Below, in pieces: positions 33,192 through 43,270 of a DNA stretch of 64,000 bases (within the stretch, counting starts at the first letter, position 1; each line of letters begins with the position of its first letter). A program made the position numbers and the translations under genes. This DNA comes from Candidatus Gottesmanbacteria bacterium. GTDB lineage: Bacteria > Patescibacteriota > Microgenomatia > 2-02-FULL-39-11. Under the pieces are notes generated by a model that ran no database searches, was not told where the DNA came from, and worked only from the letters and a program-made list of their open reading frames with translations. The stretch lies in contig JACPKY010000002.1 in NCBI GenBank assembly GCA_016186795.1, forward strand, positions 90,593 through 154,592. The letters run 5' to 3'.

Positions 33192-34193
33192 CTAGTTTCT
33201 CATCGAGCAATAAGAAAAATAGTTGTTTTTTAGATAAGTAAATAAATCTTCTGCAATTTTTTTGTGCCCTTCTCTATTTGGATGTTCATCTAAAAAATGA
33301 TAATTTTCATTTTGCCAGATATTAAAAGCATTCTTGAAAGAAAATTTATCTTTATTAGAATGTACATAAACATCTAACAAGTCTTGATATTTTTTATCTA
33401 AGTTTATTGCGACAAAGATTATTCTTCCATCAAAGTTGTTTTGCATATGTTCCAACATTTTTTTGTCGAGGTCCAATATTTTTTGTTCACCATATAGTGA
33501 TTTAAATTCTTTAGTAATTTTTTCAACGATTGTATATTCCTTTGCCTTGGTATTGTAAATGTCAGCCTGGTTTCCATACTGTTCCATTTGCGGAATCATA
33601 TATTCTTTCAGTTGATAAAAATTCCATGAATTTAACAACCAGATAACTAAATCTGGATTATATTTTTTTCCTCTTCTAATAAATCTTTCGACAGTGTAAT
33701 TTATATCATATCCCGGTACACCTAAATTTATAACTTCGAATTTCTTATTCGGTTTACAAACAAGAGAGACACTAAGAAGGTTTTCAAGTACTTTTGAATA
33801 ATTTTCTTCAGTTTTGACAAACTGTCCATATGTGAACGAATCACCTAAAGTAATTATGCGGAAAGTATTTTGAGGTTTATCAATAGAATACTCTTTTAAC
33901 TCATTGAGTGAATCACTATTAATTTGATTTTGCACCTCATACCCCAACCAATCTGGATTCCATGTTTGTATACTATTTGGCTTCGGCTCATAAAAATATT
34001 TTAAATCTCCTGAAGAATCAAAAAGGAGATTATTTTTATCTATTTTCGTTTCATACTGGACACCTTTTACCCTTCCTTTTATGAGATGAAAGAGCTTGAA
34101 TCCCAGCAAAAAAATTATTCCAATGAGCGTAACTTCCCAAAAAAGAAAAACAATGAATTTCCAACTGATTTTTTGAGTTAAATATATAAACAT
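33192..34193 (-). CDS. SGNH/GDSL hydrolase family protein, membrane-anchored
   Basis: LGDSFTYG, NLGVPGY, DEHPN. Confidence 0.85.
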   Translation of the reverse strand: MFIYLTQKISWKFIVFLFWEVTLIGIIFLLGFKLFHLIKGRVKGVQYETKIDKNNLLFDSSGDLKYFYEPKPNSIQTWNPDWLGYEVQNQINSDSLNELKEYSIDKPQNTFRIITLGDSFTYGQFVKTEENYSKVLENLLSVSLVCKPNKKFEVINLGVPGYDINYTVERFIRRGKKYNPDLVIWLLNSWNFYQLKEYMIPQMEQYGNQADIYNTKAKEYTIVEKITKEFKSLYGEQKILDLDKKMLEHMQNNFDGRIIFVAINLDKKYQDLLDVYVHSNKDKFSFKNAFNIWQNENYHFLDEHPNREGHKKIAEDLFTYLKNNYFSYCSMRN

Positions 34194-34278
34194 GGTAATT
34201 TAATGTATATTCATTGAATCATCCGAGTCAATATTTGTAAAGAATTACAGTAGTTTCTTACTGTGGTAGGATACGTGT

Positions 34279-36090
34279 ATGTGCGGAATAGCTGGAAAAC
34301 TTTATTTTCATTCCAACACAATACAGAGATCTACAGAACTTCCTCTTATTAACAAAACCTTAGAGAAACTTCATCACCGCGGACCAGATGATCTAGGTTA
34401 TATTTTTGATAGAAACGTTTGGTTAGGAGCAACGAGGCTTAAAATTATCGATCTCTCAGCGGCTGGACACCAGCCGATGCAAAATGAGGATAAACACTTG
34501 ACGTTGGTTTTTAATGGCGAAATTTACAACTATATTGAATTAAAAAAAAGATTACGCAAGAGACATAAATTTATTTCTCACACTGACTCAGAAGTACTTC
34601 TCCACTTGTATGAAGAATATGGAGTGGATTGTCTGCAATTTCTACGTGGAATGTTTGCTTTTGCAATATGGGATAGTCGAAAGAATGAGTTATTTCTTGC
34701 TCGGGATAGGTTAGGAAAAAAACCACTGAAGTATTTTTACAATAACAGGTTCTTTGTTTTTGCTTCAGAGCTGAAAGCATTCGTTGATCATCCAGCAGTA
34801 CCTAAAAAAATAGATGAGGCTGCAATTGACGAATTTCTTACGTTCGGATATATAACATCCCCCAGAACTGGATTTAAAAACATTTGGAAATTACCCTCTG
34901 CCCACTACATGATCATACAATCGACTGGGACAGTGCAGATACAGCGTTATTGGCAGCTCGATTTTACAAAGAAACTCAGTTTACGAGAAGAAGAATGGGA
35001 AGAAAGAATTCTCCAAAAACTGAGTGAGTCTGTTACGCTTCGACTTCGGAGCGACGTTTCTCTCGGATTTCATCTTTCAGGTGGAGTAGATTCTGGAATT
35101 GTAACCGCTCTTGGAGCAATAGCATCGATGAAACCTATTCATACAATTTCTATTGGGTTTCCCGATAATAACTATAATGAATTGCCTTACTCTCGAGAAG
35201 TAGCGCAGAAATACAATACTCTGCACCATGAGATATATGTAAAGTCAGATTTCAAGGTATTTCTTCCTAAATTAACATATCAGTATGAGGAACCATATGC
35301 AGATCCATCAATCATTCCAACATGGTTTCTCATGGAAAAATCAAAAGAGTACTGTACAGTGGTTCTAAATGGTGATGGAGGTGATGAGAATTTTGCTGGA
35401 TACAGACGGTATAAGGTTTTAAAATATTTTACTCTTCTGCAGAAAATCTATTGCAAAAAGCCAATTGCGTATATATTTAAATTTCTCTATCGAACATTCA
35501 AGAGAGAGGATTTTTATCAAATAGGAAGAATTCTCTCTCTCCCCTACTCTGACTTATCACAGTTTTTCTTCGCCGAAAGAACATATGGAAACTTGGGACG
35601 ATATCGTTACCCTTTTAATGTTTCTTCGCTTGAAGATATAATGAGGTTTGATTTTGAGCACTATTTACCGGATGATTTACTTACCAAAGTCGATATCTCC
35701 TCAATGGTTCACTCACTTGAAGTACGGTCGCCTTTTCTCGATCATGAGTTTGTGGAACTTATTGCCAAAATGCCTATCGAGTTGAAACTGAAAGGGATTA
35801 CCACAAAGTATATTTTGAAAAAAATTGCCAATAAATACCTGCCTCCAAAGATTATTGAGAAAAAAAAACAAGGGTTTTTACCACCAATGGCACGATGGAT
35901 ACGGGGAGAACTGCATACGTATTTTAAGAAAGAACTTCTAGAAAAGTCGTTCTTATCCTATGGTTTGGTTCAGAAAGACGATATAATAAAACTTCTACAG
36001 GCGCATGATGAATTCAAAGCAAATCATGCATACGCTCTTTGGACGCTTTTATGTTTCAAGAACTGGCTCAAAATCTGGTATCCTCTTTGA
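34279..36090 (+). CDS. asnB: Asparagine synthase-family glutamine amidotransferase, probably glycan-amidating
   Basis: MCGIAG Ntn start, HRGPD, FNGEIYN, SGGVDS, GDGGDE; glycosyltransferase context. Confidence 0.9.
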   Translation: MCGIAGKLYFHSNTIQRSTELPLINKTLEKLHHRGPDDLGYIFDRNVWLGATRLKIIDLSAAGHQPMQNEDKHLTLVFNGEIYNYIELKKRLRKRHKFISHTDSEVLLHLYEEYGVDCLQFLRGMFAFAIWDSRKNELFLARDRLGKKPLKYFYNNRFFVFASELKAFVDHPAVPKKIDEAAIDEFLTFGYITSPRTGFKNIWKLPSAHYMIIQSTGTVQIQRYWQLDFTKKLSLREEEWEERILQKLSESVTLRLRSDVSLGFHLSGGVDSGIVTALGAIASMKPIHTISIGFPDNNYNELPYSREVAQKYNTLHHEIYVKSDFKVFLPKLTYQYEEPYADPSIIPTWFLMEKSKEYCTVVLNGDGGDENFAGYRRYKVLKYFTLLQKIYCKKPIAYIFKFLYRTFKREDFYQIGRILSLPYSDLSQFFFAERTYGNLGRYRYPFNVSSLEDIMRFDFEHYLPDDLLTKVDISSMVHSLEVRSPFLDHEFVELIAKMPIELKLKGITTKYILKKIANKYLPPKIIEKKKQGFLPPMARWIRGELHTYFKKELLEKSFLSYGLVQKDDIIKLLQAHDEFKANHAYALWTLLCFKNWLKIWYPL

Positions 36091-37454
36091 GAAATATTAG
36101 AGGAAAATATATTCTCCTTGGACTAATCTTTTTCTACCTTGTTCAGCTGTTTGCTCCAAACAAACCTGTTTATTTTTTCTCTTATTTTCTTGCAACAGGG
36201 TTTTTCTTTCTAGATAATCGAGATATTCGGAAAAGTCTTTTTTATAGTTTTATTTTGTCACTTTTTTCTGAAGTTGGACTTGCAGGAAGTTTATTTTTAA
36301 TGGAACCAAGTAAATTGCTTTTGGGATCTGGATGGTGGATATCTCCGATGACGCTCTACATTTTCCTTTTCTTTCTTTTTTCATTTGGCAAGCGAATTCA
36401 AAAAATTATCCTTACTGACTACCTAATTTTCCTATTCTTCCTTTGGAATGTTGTTGTATTTCTTGTTCTCCCCGATCGAAATTCTTTCTTTGGATTTATT
36501 TCCTTGATGGAACAAACTATTGCATATTATCTTTTGCGAGTGAATCTTTCCCGGGATACTCTTCCCGTTATCATTACAGTGGTAGTTTCAGTCCTCATTT
36601 TCCAGACTTTGTTATCTTCTGTCCAAGTACTTTTGCGAAGTCCCGTTGGTCTTCGATCAGAGGCTATACTTGTTGAAAATCCATATGGTCTTACTACAGT
36701 TGAGGAAGAAAATCTTTTTCGCGTCTCCGGTACATATGGACATCCAAATCTTTTTGCTACATTCCTTCTTGCAACAATTCCATTTCTTCTTTTTTCGGCA
36801 AAGTTTTCCTGGTGGAAGATAGTTGCAAGCATATTTACATTCTTAGCTCTTTTTTTTACTTACAGTCGCGGAGCATGGTTTTTTTCTATTCCTCTTATGG
36901 TTACATTTGGTGTCATTCTCTTGAGACAATTTGGTCATGCAATCCGATTACGAATACGGTTTCTCCTCCTGTTTCCGGTATTTGTGATCATATGTGTATT
37001 TCTTGTGTTTCCGGCTTTTATTCTTCGTTTTCGGACAATATCTGACGCATTCGTTGAAGGTGGTTCATTTCAGGTTCGAGAATTGTTGATTCAAGAGGCA
37101 ATCCGGATAATAGGTGCTTATCCACTTACTGGTGTGGGATTGAATCGTTCACTCCAATGGTATGCTAATGATCCTGTGACTGATTTATTTACGATCGTTC
37201 CGATATCTGGATTTTATCGGATTCATAATACACCATTGGAAATTGCGACCGAAACAGGTATTGTCGGATTTATTCTTTTTCTTTTTATTCTTGCCGCTAC
37301 AACGTTTAATTTCTTTTCTTTGAAGCAAGATATTGTGAAGATAGCTGCATTTCTAGGACTTTTCGGTTTCTTAGGGATATCTTTTCTTAACCCATTTTTC
37401 CATGCATCTGTTTTCCGTATATTTTTTTTGCTCATTGCAATTCTTGCATTATAA
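36039..37454 (+). CDS. O-antigen ligase/polymerase (Wzy_C) family membrane protein
   Basis: GTYGHPN, TYSRGAW, PLTGVG, IHNTPLEIATETG; start uncertain. Confidence 0.85.
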   Translation: MDAFMFQELAQNLVSSLRNIRGKYILLGLIFFYLVQLFAPNKPVYFFSYFLATGFFFLDNRDIRKSLFYSFILSLFSEVGLAGSLFLMEPSKLLLGSGWWISPMTLYIFLFFLFSFGKRIQKIILTDYLIFLFFLWNVVVFLVLPDRNSFFGFISLMEQTIAYYLLRVNLSRDTLPVIITVVVSVLIFQTLLSSVQVLLRSPVGLRSEAILVENPYGLTTVEEENLFRVSGTYGHPNLFATFLLATIPFLLFSAKFSWWKIVASIFTFLALFFTYSRGAWFFSIPLMVTFGVILLRQFGHAIRLRIRFLLLFPVFVIICVFLVFPAFILRFRTISDAFVEGGSFQVRELLIQEAIRIIGAYPLTGVGLNRSLQWYANDPVTDLFTIVPISGFYRIHNTPLEIATETGIVGFILFLFILAATTFNFFSLKQDIVKIAAFLGLFGFLGISFLNPFFHASVFRIFFLLIAILAL

Positions 37455-37477
37455 GAGTGTTATAATAGCCTCGTTTT

Positions 37478-38674
37478 ATGAAAAAGTGTGTTGCATTAGT
37501 AGTCTATTCTCACTATTCTCGCGATGCTCGAGTTCGACGGTACGGGGAATCACTAGAAAGAAGTGGATATAGCGTTGATGTAATTTCATTAGCTGACTCA
37601 TATGAAGAGAAAAAACTTTCTATTTCCTTTATTCAGTTTCCTCTTCCTCGGATGCGTCTAGGAAAGCTTTGGTACATTGCCGAGTATTTTTTGTTTTTTC
37701 TTTTTACCACATGGAAACTGATGGTAGGACAGATTAAAAAGAACTATCAGTTCATTCATGTAAATAATATGCCAGATTTTCTTGTCTTTGCAGCTTTTGT
37801 TCCAAAACTGTTTGGAGCAAAAATTATCCTTGATATTCATGATCCGATGCCGGAATTGTATATGTCCAAGTATCATGTATCAAAAAATAACTTTGTTGTG
37901 AAGATCTTATGCTACTTGGAACGTATATCTATTCAGTTTTCCGATAGTATTCTTACTGCAAATCCAGTTTTTAAAGAAATTCTTCTCAAAAGAAATGCAG
38001 TGAATGAAAAAAAGATTACTGTGATTCTCAATTGTCCGGATACCAGAATTTTCAGTACAAACAATGCCAGAATAAAAAAACATTCTTCTAAATTTACTCT
38101 TCTTTATATGGGTACTGTGGATGAGCGTTTTGGTCTTGATATTGCCATCGAAGCAATACTTACAATCGTCAAAAGAATTCCAAAGGTGCAGTTTATCATT
38201 ATCCCAAAACTAGAAAGAGAAGGAATGTATTTTTCCGAGTTGAGAAATATGGTAATAGGTTATGGATTATCGAAACAAGTATTATTTTATAAACCACTTC
38301 CTCTTGATAAGATTGCAGAAGCATTGAAGAACGTAGATATTGGAGTGGTTCTTGCAAAAGACGGTATTTTCCCAAATATCATTTTTCCGGTTAAACTTCT
38401 TGAATTTATTCAAATGGGAGTTCCCGTTATTGCGACAAAAACGACAATTCTTTCCCGCTATTTTGATCAGACAATGATATTTTTCCTCAAAGAGAATACA
38501 CCAAAAGAGTTTTCTGATGCAGTATGGAGGTTATATTCAAATGAGAAACTCCGAAAATCACTTGTGAAGAATGCAAAGAAGTATTTTACAAAGCATAATT
38601 GGAATAAAGAAGAGAGTAAATATCACGCTGTTGTTACAAAGTTACTTCATCAAAAAAGCAACAAGGAAAAATAG
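37478..38674 (+). CDS. Glycosyltransferase family 4
   Basis: DARVRR, NMPDFLV, PVKLLEFIQMGVPVI. Confidence 0.88.
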   Translation: MKKCVALVVYSHYSRDARVRRYGESLERSGYSVDVISLADSYEEKKLSISFIQFPLPRMRLGKLWYIAEYFLFFLFTTWKLMVGQIKKNYQFIHVNNMPDFLVFAAFVPKLFGAKIILDIHDPMPELYMSKYHVSKNNFVVKILCYLERISIQFSDSILTANPVFKEILLKRNAVNEKKITVILNCPDTRIFSTNNARIKKHSSKFTLLYMGTVDERFGLDIAIEAILTIVKRIPKVQFIIIPKLEREGMYFSELRNMVIGYGLSKQVLFYKPLPLDKIAEALKNVDIGVVLAKDGIFPNIIFPVKLLEFIQMGVPVIATKTTILSRYFDQTMIFFLKENTPKEFSDAVWRLYSNEKLRKSLVKNAKKYFTKHNWNKEESKYHAVVTKLLHQKSNKEK

Positions 38675-39748
38675 TCGCTTCGGATGAAGGAAAAAAAGAG
38701 TCTTCCACCACAACGGCTTTTGGATTACTAAAGCAGAAAGAAGGAATGTACGGTAGTTACTTTCCCAGTGAGAATATGACTTTCTACCAGAATGAAGTGG
38801 GACATATCCTATAAATTTCAATGTAAAGAGATGATGCGCAATGTTTATTTCCCATGTTTGTTTGAATATCCTCTTAGGAATACTCATTTGTCCAAATACC
38901 TCTTGAAGTCGATCCGTAATAAGAAGAATGAGTTGGTCTATTTGATAGTCTGATAAGATCCTCAGTACCATTCTCCACTCTTTTTGATTTAATTCTTTTC
39001 CGATAATCCATAGCCGATACAGGTTGTTTAATCCGCGGAATCCATCTTCAAGAGCAAAGATGAGGCAATGGTAGAGATACAAGTACGAAAGTTGAAACCG
39101 GAATGTCCCATCTTTGTCTTTTTTGGCATGGCGCCAGAGTTCTTGTGAAATAATCGATATTTGCTGTTTAGAGAGAAGCGTAAGTTTCGATGGCGGAATG
39201 GTAATAGCAGATGTCCGTACTTCCACTTGAGGTGCACGTAGGTTTCTGAAGTGATTCCATTTTGTTTGTGTATAGTACTCTTGTGGTAAATTTGGCCATC
39301 CTGTAGGTTTTTTTTGGGGCACATATCCTATTTCCCGTAAGAGTGTAGACAGTTTCTTTTCATAATTCGTCTTTACGAGAATATCGATATCAAATTTCAT
39401 AAATTTATTTGCTTCAGAAAAATGTGTTTCATACTCGGAAAAATCTTTTAGGAAAACAATGGGAATACGGTTTTTCCGAACCAAATACTTTAGACGACGT
39501 ACCATTTTCTTATAATGAAAACTTCTGGTTTGCTCATACACGTATAAGGTACGCAGTTTCCCTATCATTTTTGACCGGGACATATCACAACGTGAACAGG
39601 TAAGGTAATGAAAAAGGGTATATGCCATTCTGTTTCTGAATGCTTGGTCGATGAGGGTATCCCAATCATTTTTTTTTTGAGGGAGATATTGACGAAGACT
39701 ACAAGGATGTGTAGATTGGAGGAGTTTAATGAGAAGTTTGTCGTACAT
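38642..39748 (-). CDS. Nucleotidyltransferase family protein (NTP_transf_5-like), divergent
   Basis: IPIVFLKD...FDIDILVK...LREIGY resembles LKG..DIDLLV..GY. Confidence 0.65.
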   Translation of the reverse strand: MYDKLLIKLLQSTHPCSLRQYLPQKKNDWDTLIDQAFRNRMAYTLFHYLTCSRCDMSRSKMIGKLRTLYVYEQTRSFHYKKMVRRLKYLVRKNRIPIVFLKDFSEYETHFSEANKFMKFDIDILVKTNYEKKLSTLLREIGYVPQKKPTGWPNLPQEYYTQTKWNHFRNLRAPQVEVRTSAITIPPSKLTLLSKQQISIISQELWRHAKKDKDGTFRFQLSYLYLYHCLIFALEDGFRGLNNLYRLWIIGKELNQKEWRMVLRILSDYQIDQLILLITDRLQEVFGQMSIPKRIFKQTWEINIAHHLFTLKFIGYVPLHSGRKSYSHWESNYRTFLLSALVIQKPLWWKTLFFLHPKRLFFLVAFLMK

Positions 39749-41001
39749 TACCGTCGTGAGATTTCAGATATGCAACGTTTGAGTATTTTTGCAACAAAAT
39801 GAACATCAGAACGTGTAATCTGTGAATACAAAGGAAGGCAGATTATTTTTTTACAGATCTGTTCTGTCACGGGTAGGTGATATTTTTTCTCAGAGAAGGT
39901 CGGTTGGAGATGGATTGGGATTGGATAGTGGATTTGATATTCAATATTTTTCTTTCGTAAAAGCCTTGTGATTTCCCCCCGTTCATTTACCTGAACAGTG
40001 TAGAGCTGGAAGATATGGCTACTATTATTTCTTATGAACGGAGGCACAATCGGAGTATTTTCAAGGAGTTTTGTATAGAGTGATGCGAGCTCTGCACGTT
40101 TTTCATTCCATGCGTCAAGATACTTCAACTTCACACGAAGGATTGCTGCCTGAATGGTATCAAGTTTTGAGTTGACTCCTCTTTCTTTATAGTGATAAGA
40201 ATCAGAGTCATAAAGTGTAGGCTCACCGAACTTTCGAAGCATATCGAATTTTCCCATTGCGTTGTGGGATTTCGACCTGACTTTCCGTGAAATTTTCTCT
40301 AAAGGATTTTCATTTTTATACACAAAGTGCCATGGATACGATAGTATGCGTTGGCCATACTGGCGAAGCGAAAGAATACGTTTTACCACGTCGAAATTAT
40401 TTGTAGTAACTGCTCCTCCGTCTCCGAATGCACCAATATTTTTCCTGGGGCTGAAACTAAAAGCAGCTCCATCACCGAGACTTCCTACCCGTTTTCCTTC
40501 GTACCAAGCTCCATGTGCTTGGCAAGCATCCTCAATGACATAAAGATTGTACTTTTTGGCAACTTGTATAATCGGATTCATATCTGCAGGTTGTCCATAC
40601 AGATGAACAGGGAGGATAGCTTTCGTTCGCTTCGTAATTCGCGACTGTATTTTTGTCGGATCCATGGTATATGTTTCTGGATCAATATCGACAAAAATTG
40701 GAGTAGCACCCGTAAGACTTATTGCATTTGCAGTTGCGATAAACGAGTGAGAAACGGTAATGACTTCGTCCCCTTTTCCAATGTTAAAAGCACGAAGGAG
40801 TAAATAGAGTGCATCGGTTCCAGAGCCGACTCCTACGCAATATTTGGCTTGACAGTAGGAAGCAAATTCCTCCTCAAACTGCGCAACCTCTTTCCCTAAA
40901 ATGAAATTGCACTTATGTACGACGGAAAGGATTGCTCTCTCAATCTCTTTTTGGAATTGTCTGTTTTCTTTTTGCAGATCAACAAATTTCACAGCTCTCA
41001 T
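39748..41001 (-). CDS. DegT/DnrJ/EryC1/StrS sugar aminotransferase
   Basis: [36 protein letters not shown]. Confidence 0.93.
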   Translation of the reverse strand: MRAVKFVDLQKENRQFQKEIERAILSVVHKCNFILGKEVAQFEEEFASYCQAKYCVGVGSGTDALYLLLRAFNIGKGDEVITVSHSFIATANAISLTGATPIFVDIDPETYTMDPTKIQSRITKRTKAILPVHLYGQPADMNPIIQVAKKYNLYVIEDACQAHGAWYEGKRVGSLGDGAAFSFSPRKNIGAFGDGGAVTTNNFDVVKRILSLRQYGQRILSYPWHFVYKNENPLEKISRKVRSKSHNAMGKFDMLRKFGEPTLYDSDSYHYKERGVNSKLDTIQAAILRVKLKYLDAWNEKRAELASLYTKLLENTPIVPPFIRNNSSHIFQLYTVQVNERGEITRLLRKKNIEYQIHYPIPIHLQPTFSEKKYHLPVTEQICKKIICLPLYSQITRSDVHFVAKILKRCISEISRR

Positions 41002-41088
41002 GACATTTTACGCACCCGCAGTGTAATGGAAATTGCTATCCTTGTAAAGTCTTTCACCCCATTGATATAATGACTCAAAGAAGATTTC

Positions 41089-42075
41089 ATGTTTGCCCCG
41101 AATATTCTCATAACGAACTTTTGTAATCAGAATTGTAGCTTCTGTTTTGCTAGAGCCGAAATGAACGATTCCATTATCGATCGCGAAATGGAATTGTCGA
41201 ATTTCAAGAGAATTCTTACTGAGATGAAGATGAAACACCATGACATTGATACGGTCAAACTTCTTGGTGGTGAACCATCGCTTCATTCTCGATTTCGCGA
41301 TATCATTGAGCTTTCACTTGCAGCCTTTCCATATGTTCAAATTTTTACTAATGGGATTTTTTCACCAGAGATGATCTTCTTTCTCCAAACGAAGGTTCCG
41401 CGAGTAAAGTTTACTTTCAATGTCATGACTCCGGGATTTCAGTTGAACCAGAAAGTCCATAAAAAGGTTACAGAGGCAATACAAATATTTGCGCCTCTCA
41501 CAGAAGTGACACTTTCTTTGACCTTTGATATGCATACCGATATCAGCCGTGCGTTGAATACAGTTGGTGATGAGACGCTTCGAATCGTAAAGAGTTTCCG
41601 ATTAGGTTTTTCCAATCCAATTGCAGGTGAGAGAAATTATTATCAATTTGAGGATTTTCCCAAAGTTGGTGAGCAACTGTACCGTATTATGAAAAAGATA
41701 CGTGGACTTGGGTCAACTGCCACATGCTCTCTCAATTGCGGGTTTACAAGGTGCATGTTTACTGATTCACAGTATGAATTCTTGAAAAAAAGTGGAGTTG
41801 AAATTATGGGATTTGGCTGTTTTGGCAAAGCAAGTAGTGTTGATATAGGGACTGACATGCGTGCGTTCCATTGTTTCCCTTTATCAACAAAAGACAAAAA
41901 GTCCATCAACAATACAGACATCTCAAATGTAGATCAGGATTTTTTGAAAAAGCGCTACGAATACTGGTCGAAAATACGGCTCTCAGTGTGCGTGAAGTGT
42001 CCGTTCTACGGGCATACTCCAGATAAATGTCCTGGTCCATGCATTGCATTTCGTATGAATAGTCCACATGGCTAA
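41089..42075 (+). CDS. Radical SAM protein with SPASM-like C-terminus
   Basis: CNQNCSFC, GGEP, FTNG; terminal CVKC...CPGPC. Confidence 0.9.
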   Translation: MFAPNILITNFCNQNCSFCFARAEMNDSIIDREMELSNFKRILTEMKMKHHDIDTVKLLGGEPSLHSRFRDIIELSLAAFPYVQIFTNGIFSPEMIFFLQTKVPRVKFTFNVMTPGFQLNQKVHKKVTEAIQIFAPLTEVTLSLTFDMHTDISRALNTVGDETLRIVKSFRLGFSNPIAGERNYYQFEDFPKVGEQLYRIMKKIRGLGSTATCSLNCGFTRCMFTDSQYEFLKKSGVEIMGFGCFGKASSVDIGTDMRAFHCFPLSTKDKKSINNTDISNVDQDFLKKRYEYWSKIRLSVCVKCPFYGHTPDKCPGPCIAFRMNSPHG

Positions 42076-43051
42076 GAAAGCACCGTTTGCATTTCCATCA
42101 CTTGCCTACCTGAAAAAGGTTTTTCCTACTTTTCCACTTCTTCGCGGAGATCCGAGCCTGAAGGTTTTACACAAAAAAAACTTTGAGGATAATTTTACAT
42201 TGAAAAAGTTTTCCGATATATTTACAAGATATCGGCAAACACCTTTTACGATGCCTTCCCCAAACAAGGCCGTCATTCTTCTCTGTTCAGGTGGAATCGA
42301 TTCAGTTGTTCTTTGGGAAATTCTTCTAAGAAAGTATAAACTAAAAGTATTTCCGCTGCGCCATACCACACCCAAAAAGCAGGAAGAAAAGGCTTTTCAA
42401 TTTTTCCTTGAGTATTTTCGCAAGAAATATCCCAAACAGTGTCAAGACGTCTTCACCTTTGGCCATGAATTTCTCTTTTCGTTCCAGAAAGAGACATACC
42501 ATCTTTTTGAAAAAGACCAGAAGATGCGGATTCCTAATCTGAGTATCCATGATGGTAAACAGACAGTGGCATTTACTATTCCAATTACACGGCTTGGAGT
42601 ATATGCGTTGAAAGCCTATGAATACGCGCTATATTTGAGGTCGTATGCCAATGTGGATGTTCAAACCGCATTTGTCGCCATCACTCCTGAAGATTCTGCC
42701 TACTATCGGGAGGCAACCCTCACGGTTTTACGGTCGTTCAATCTATCTATTTGTACACTTTTAGGAGATTACCGCTTTCAGTTTACCTCGCCCTACCTGG
42801 AAAAGAGTTTTCCGTTCAAGACGAAACTGGATATTATTTCCTTTGCGAAAAAAACCGGACTTCCACTCGAGATGACGTGGAGTTGTACAGATGATCTACC
42901 ATCTCAATGTGGAGAGTGTTTTTCCTGTTTACTTCGGAAGCGGATTTTTGACATTAGTGGCATTAAAGATAAAACAACGTATGGAAGGAAAGGATTCTGG
43001 ATTTCTCAGGCGGGGAAGAAATTTATCGGAAGGATTCAATCTTCAAAGTGA
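42068..43051 (+). CDS. QueC-like PP-loop ATPase
   Basis: SGGIDS PP-loop; TWSC-x7-CGECFSC Zn motif. Confidence 0.82.
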   Translation: MAKKAPFAFPSLAYLKKVFPTFPLLRGDPSLKVLHKKNFEDNFTLKKFSDIFTRYRQTPFTMPSPNKAVILLCSGGIDSVVLWEILLRKYKLKVFPLRHTTPKKQEEKAFQFFLEYFRKKYPKQCQDVFTFGHEFLFSFQKETYHLFEKDQKMRIPNLSIHDGKQTVAFTIPITRLGVYALKAYEYALYLRSYANVDVQTAFVAITPEDSAYYREATLTVLRSFNLSICTLLGDYRFQFTSPYLEKSFPFKTKLDIISFAKKTGLPLEMTWSCTDDLPSQCGECFSCLLRKRIFDISGIKDKTTYGRKGFWISQAGKKFIGRIQSSK

Positions 43052-43054
43052 ATC

Positions 43055-43082
43055 TTGACATGTTTCTCATATCTATTACAAT
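43055..43082 (+). promoter_or_regulatory. Sigma70-type promoter for peptide A and radical SAM 2
   Basis: TTGACA-16 bp-TACAAT. Confidence 0.65.
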
Positions 43083-43135
43083 GAATTTATTATTCACTAT
43101 TATTTGTGTTACGGAAGTTTTACAACTTCGAAGTC

Positions 43136-43246
43136 ATGAAAAAGGCGCGAAAAACGCACAAACGAGCATACGCAAAGCCAGCTGGTAAGCGCTTGTCAAA
43201 AAGCGTGAAGACCGCATACATGGCGATGGAACATCATTTACCATAA
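43136..43246 (+). CDS. Putative RiPP precursor peptide A (36 aa)
   Basis: Hand translation MKKARKTHKRAYAKPAGKRLSKSVKTAYMAMEHHLP*; YxKP motif; fills the gap before radical SAM 2. Confidence 0.7.
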   Translation: MKKARKTHKRAYAKPAGKRLSKSVKTAYMAMEHHLP

Positions 43247-43270
43247 AAAAGGTCGCTTACATTTACTCCA

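Noticed and set aside
34279-36090. AsnB homologue as a lasso peptide cyclase
   Set aside because: It keeps the full N-terminal Cys glutaminase domain and sits among glycosyltransferases; no B2 protease is visible, and neither peptide has a lasso-type core with an acceptor Asp/Glu at position 7-9 plus a tail
43081-43188. Alternative 35-aa ORF (MNLLFTII...) in the peptide A gap
   Set aside because: Its ATG overlaps the predicted -10 box, so it would not be on the transcript; it has no leader motif
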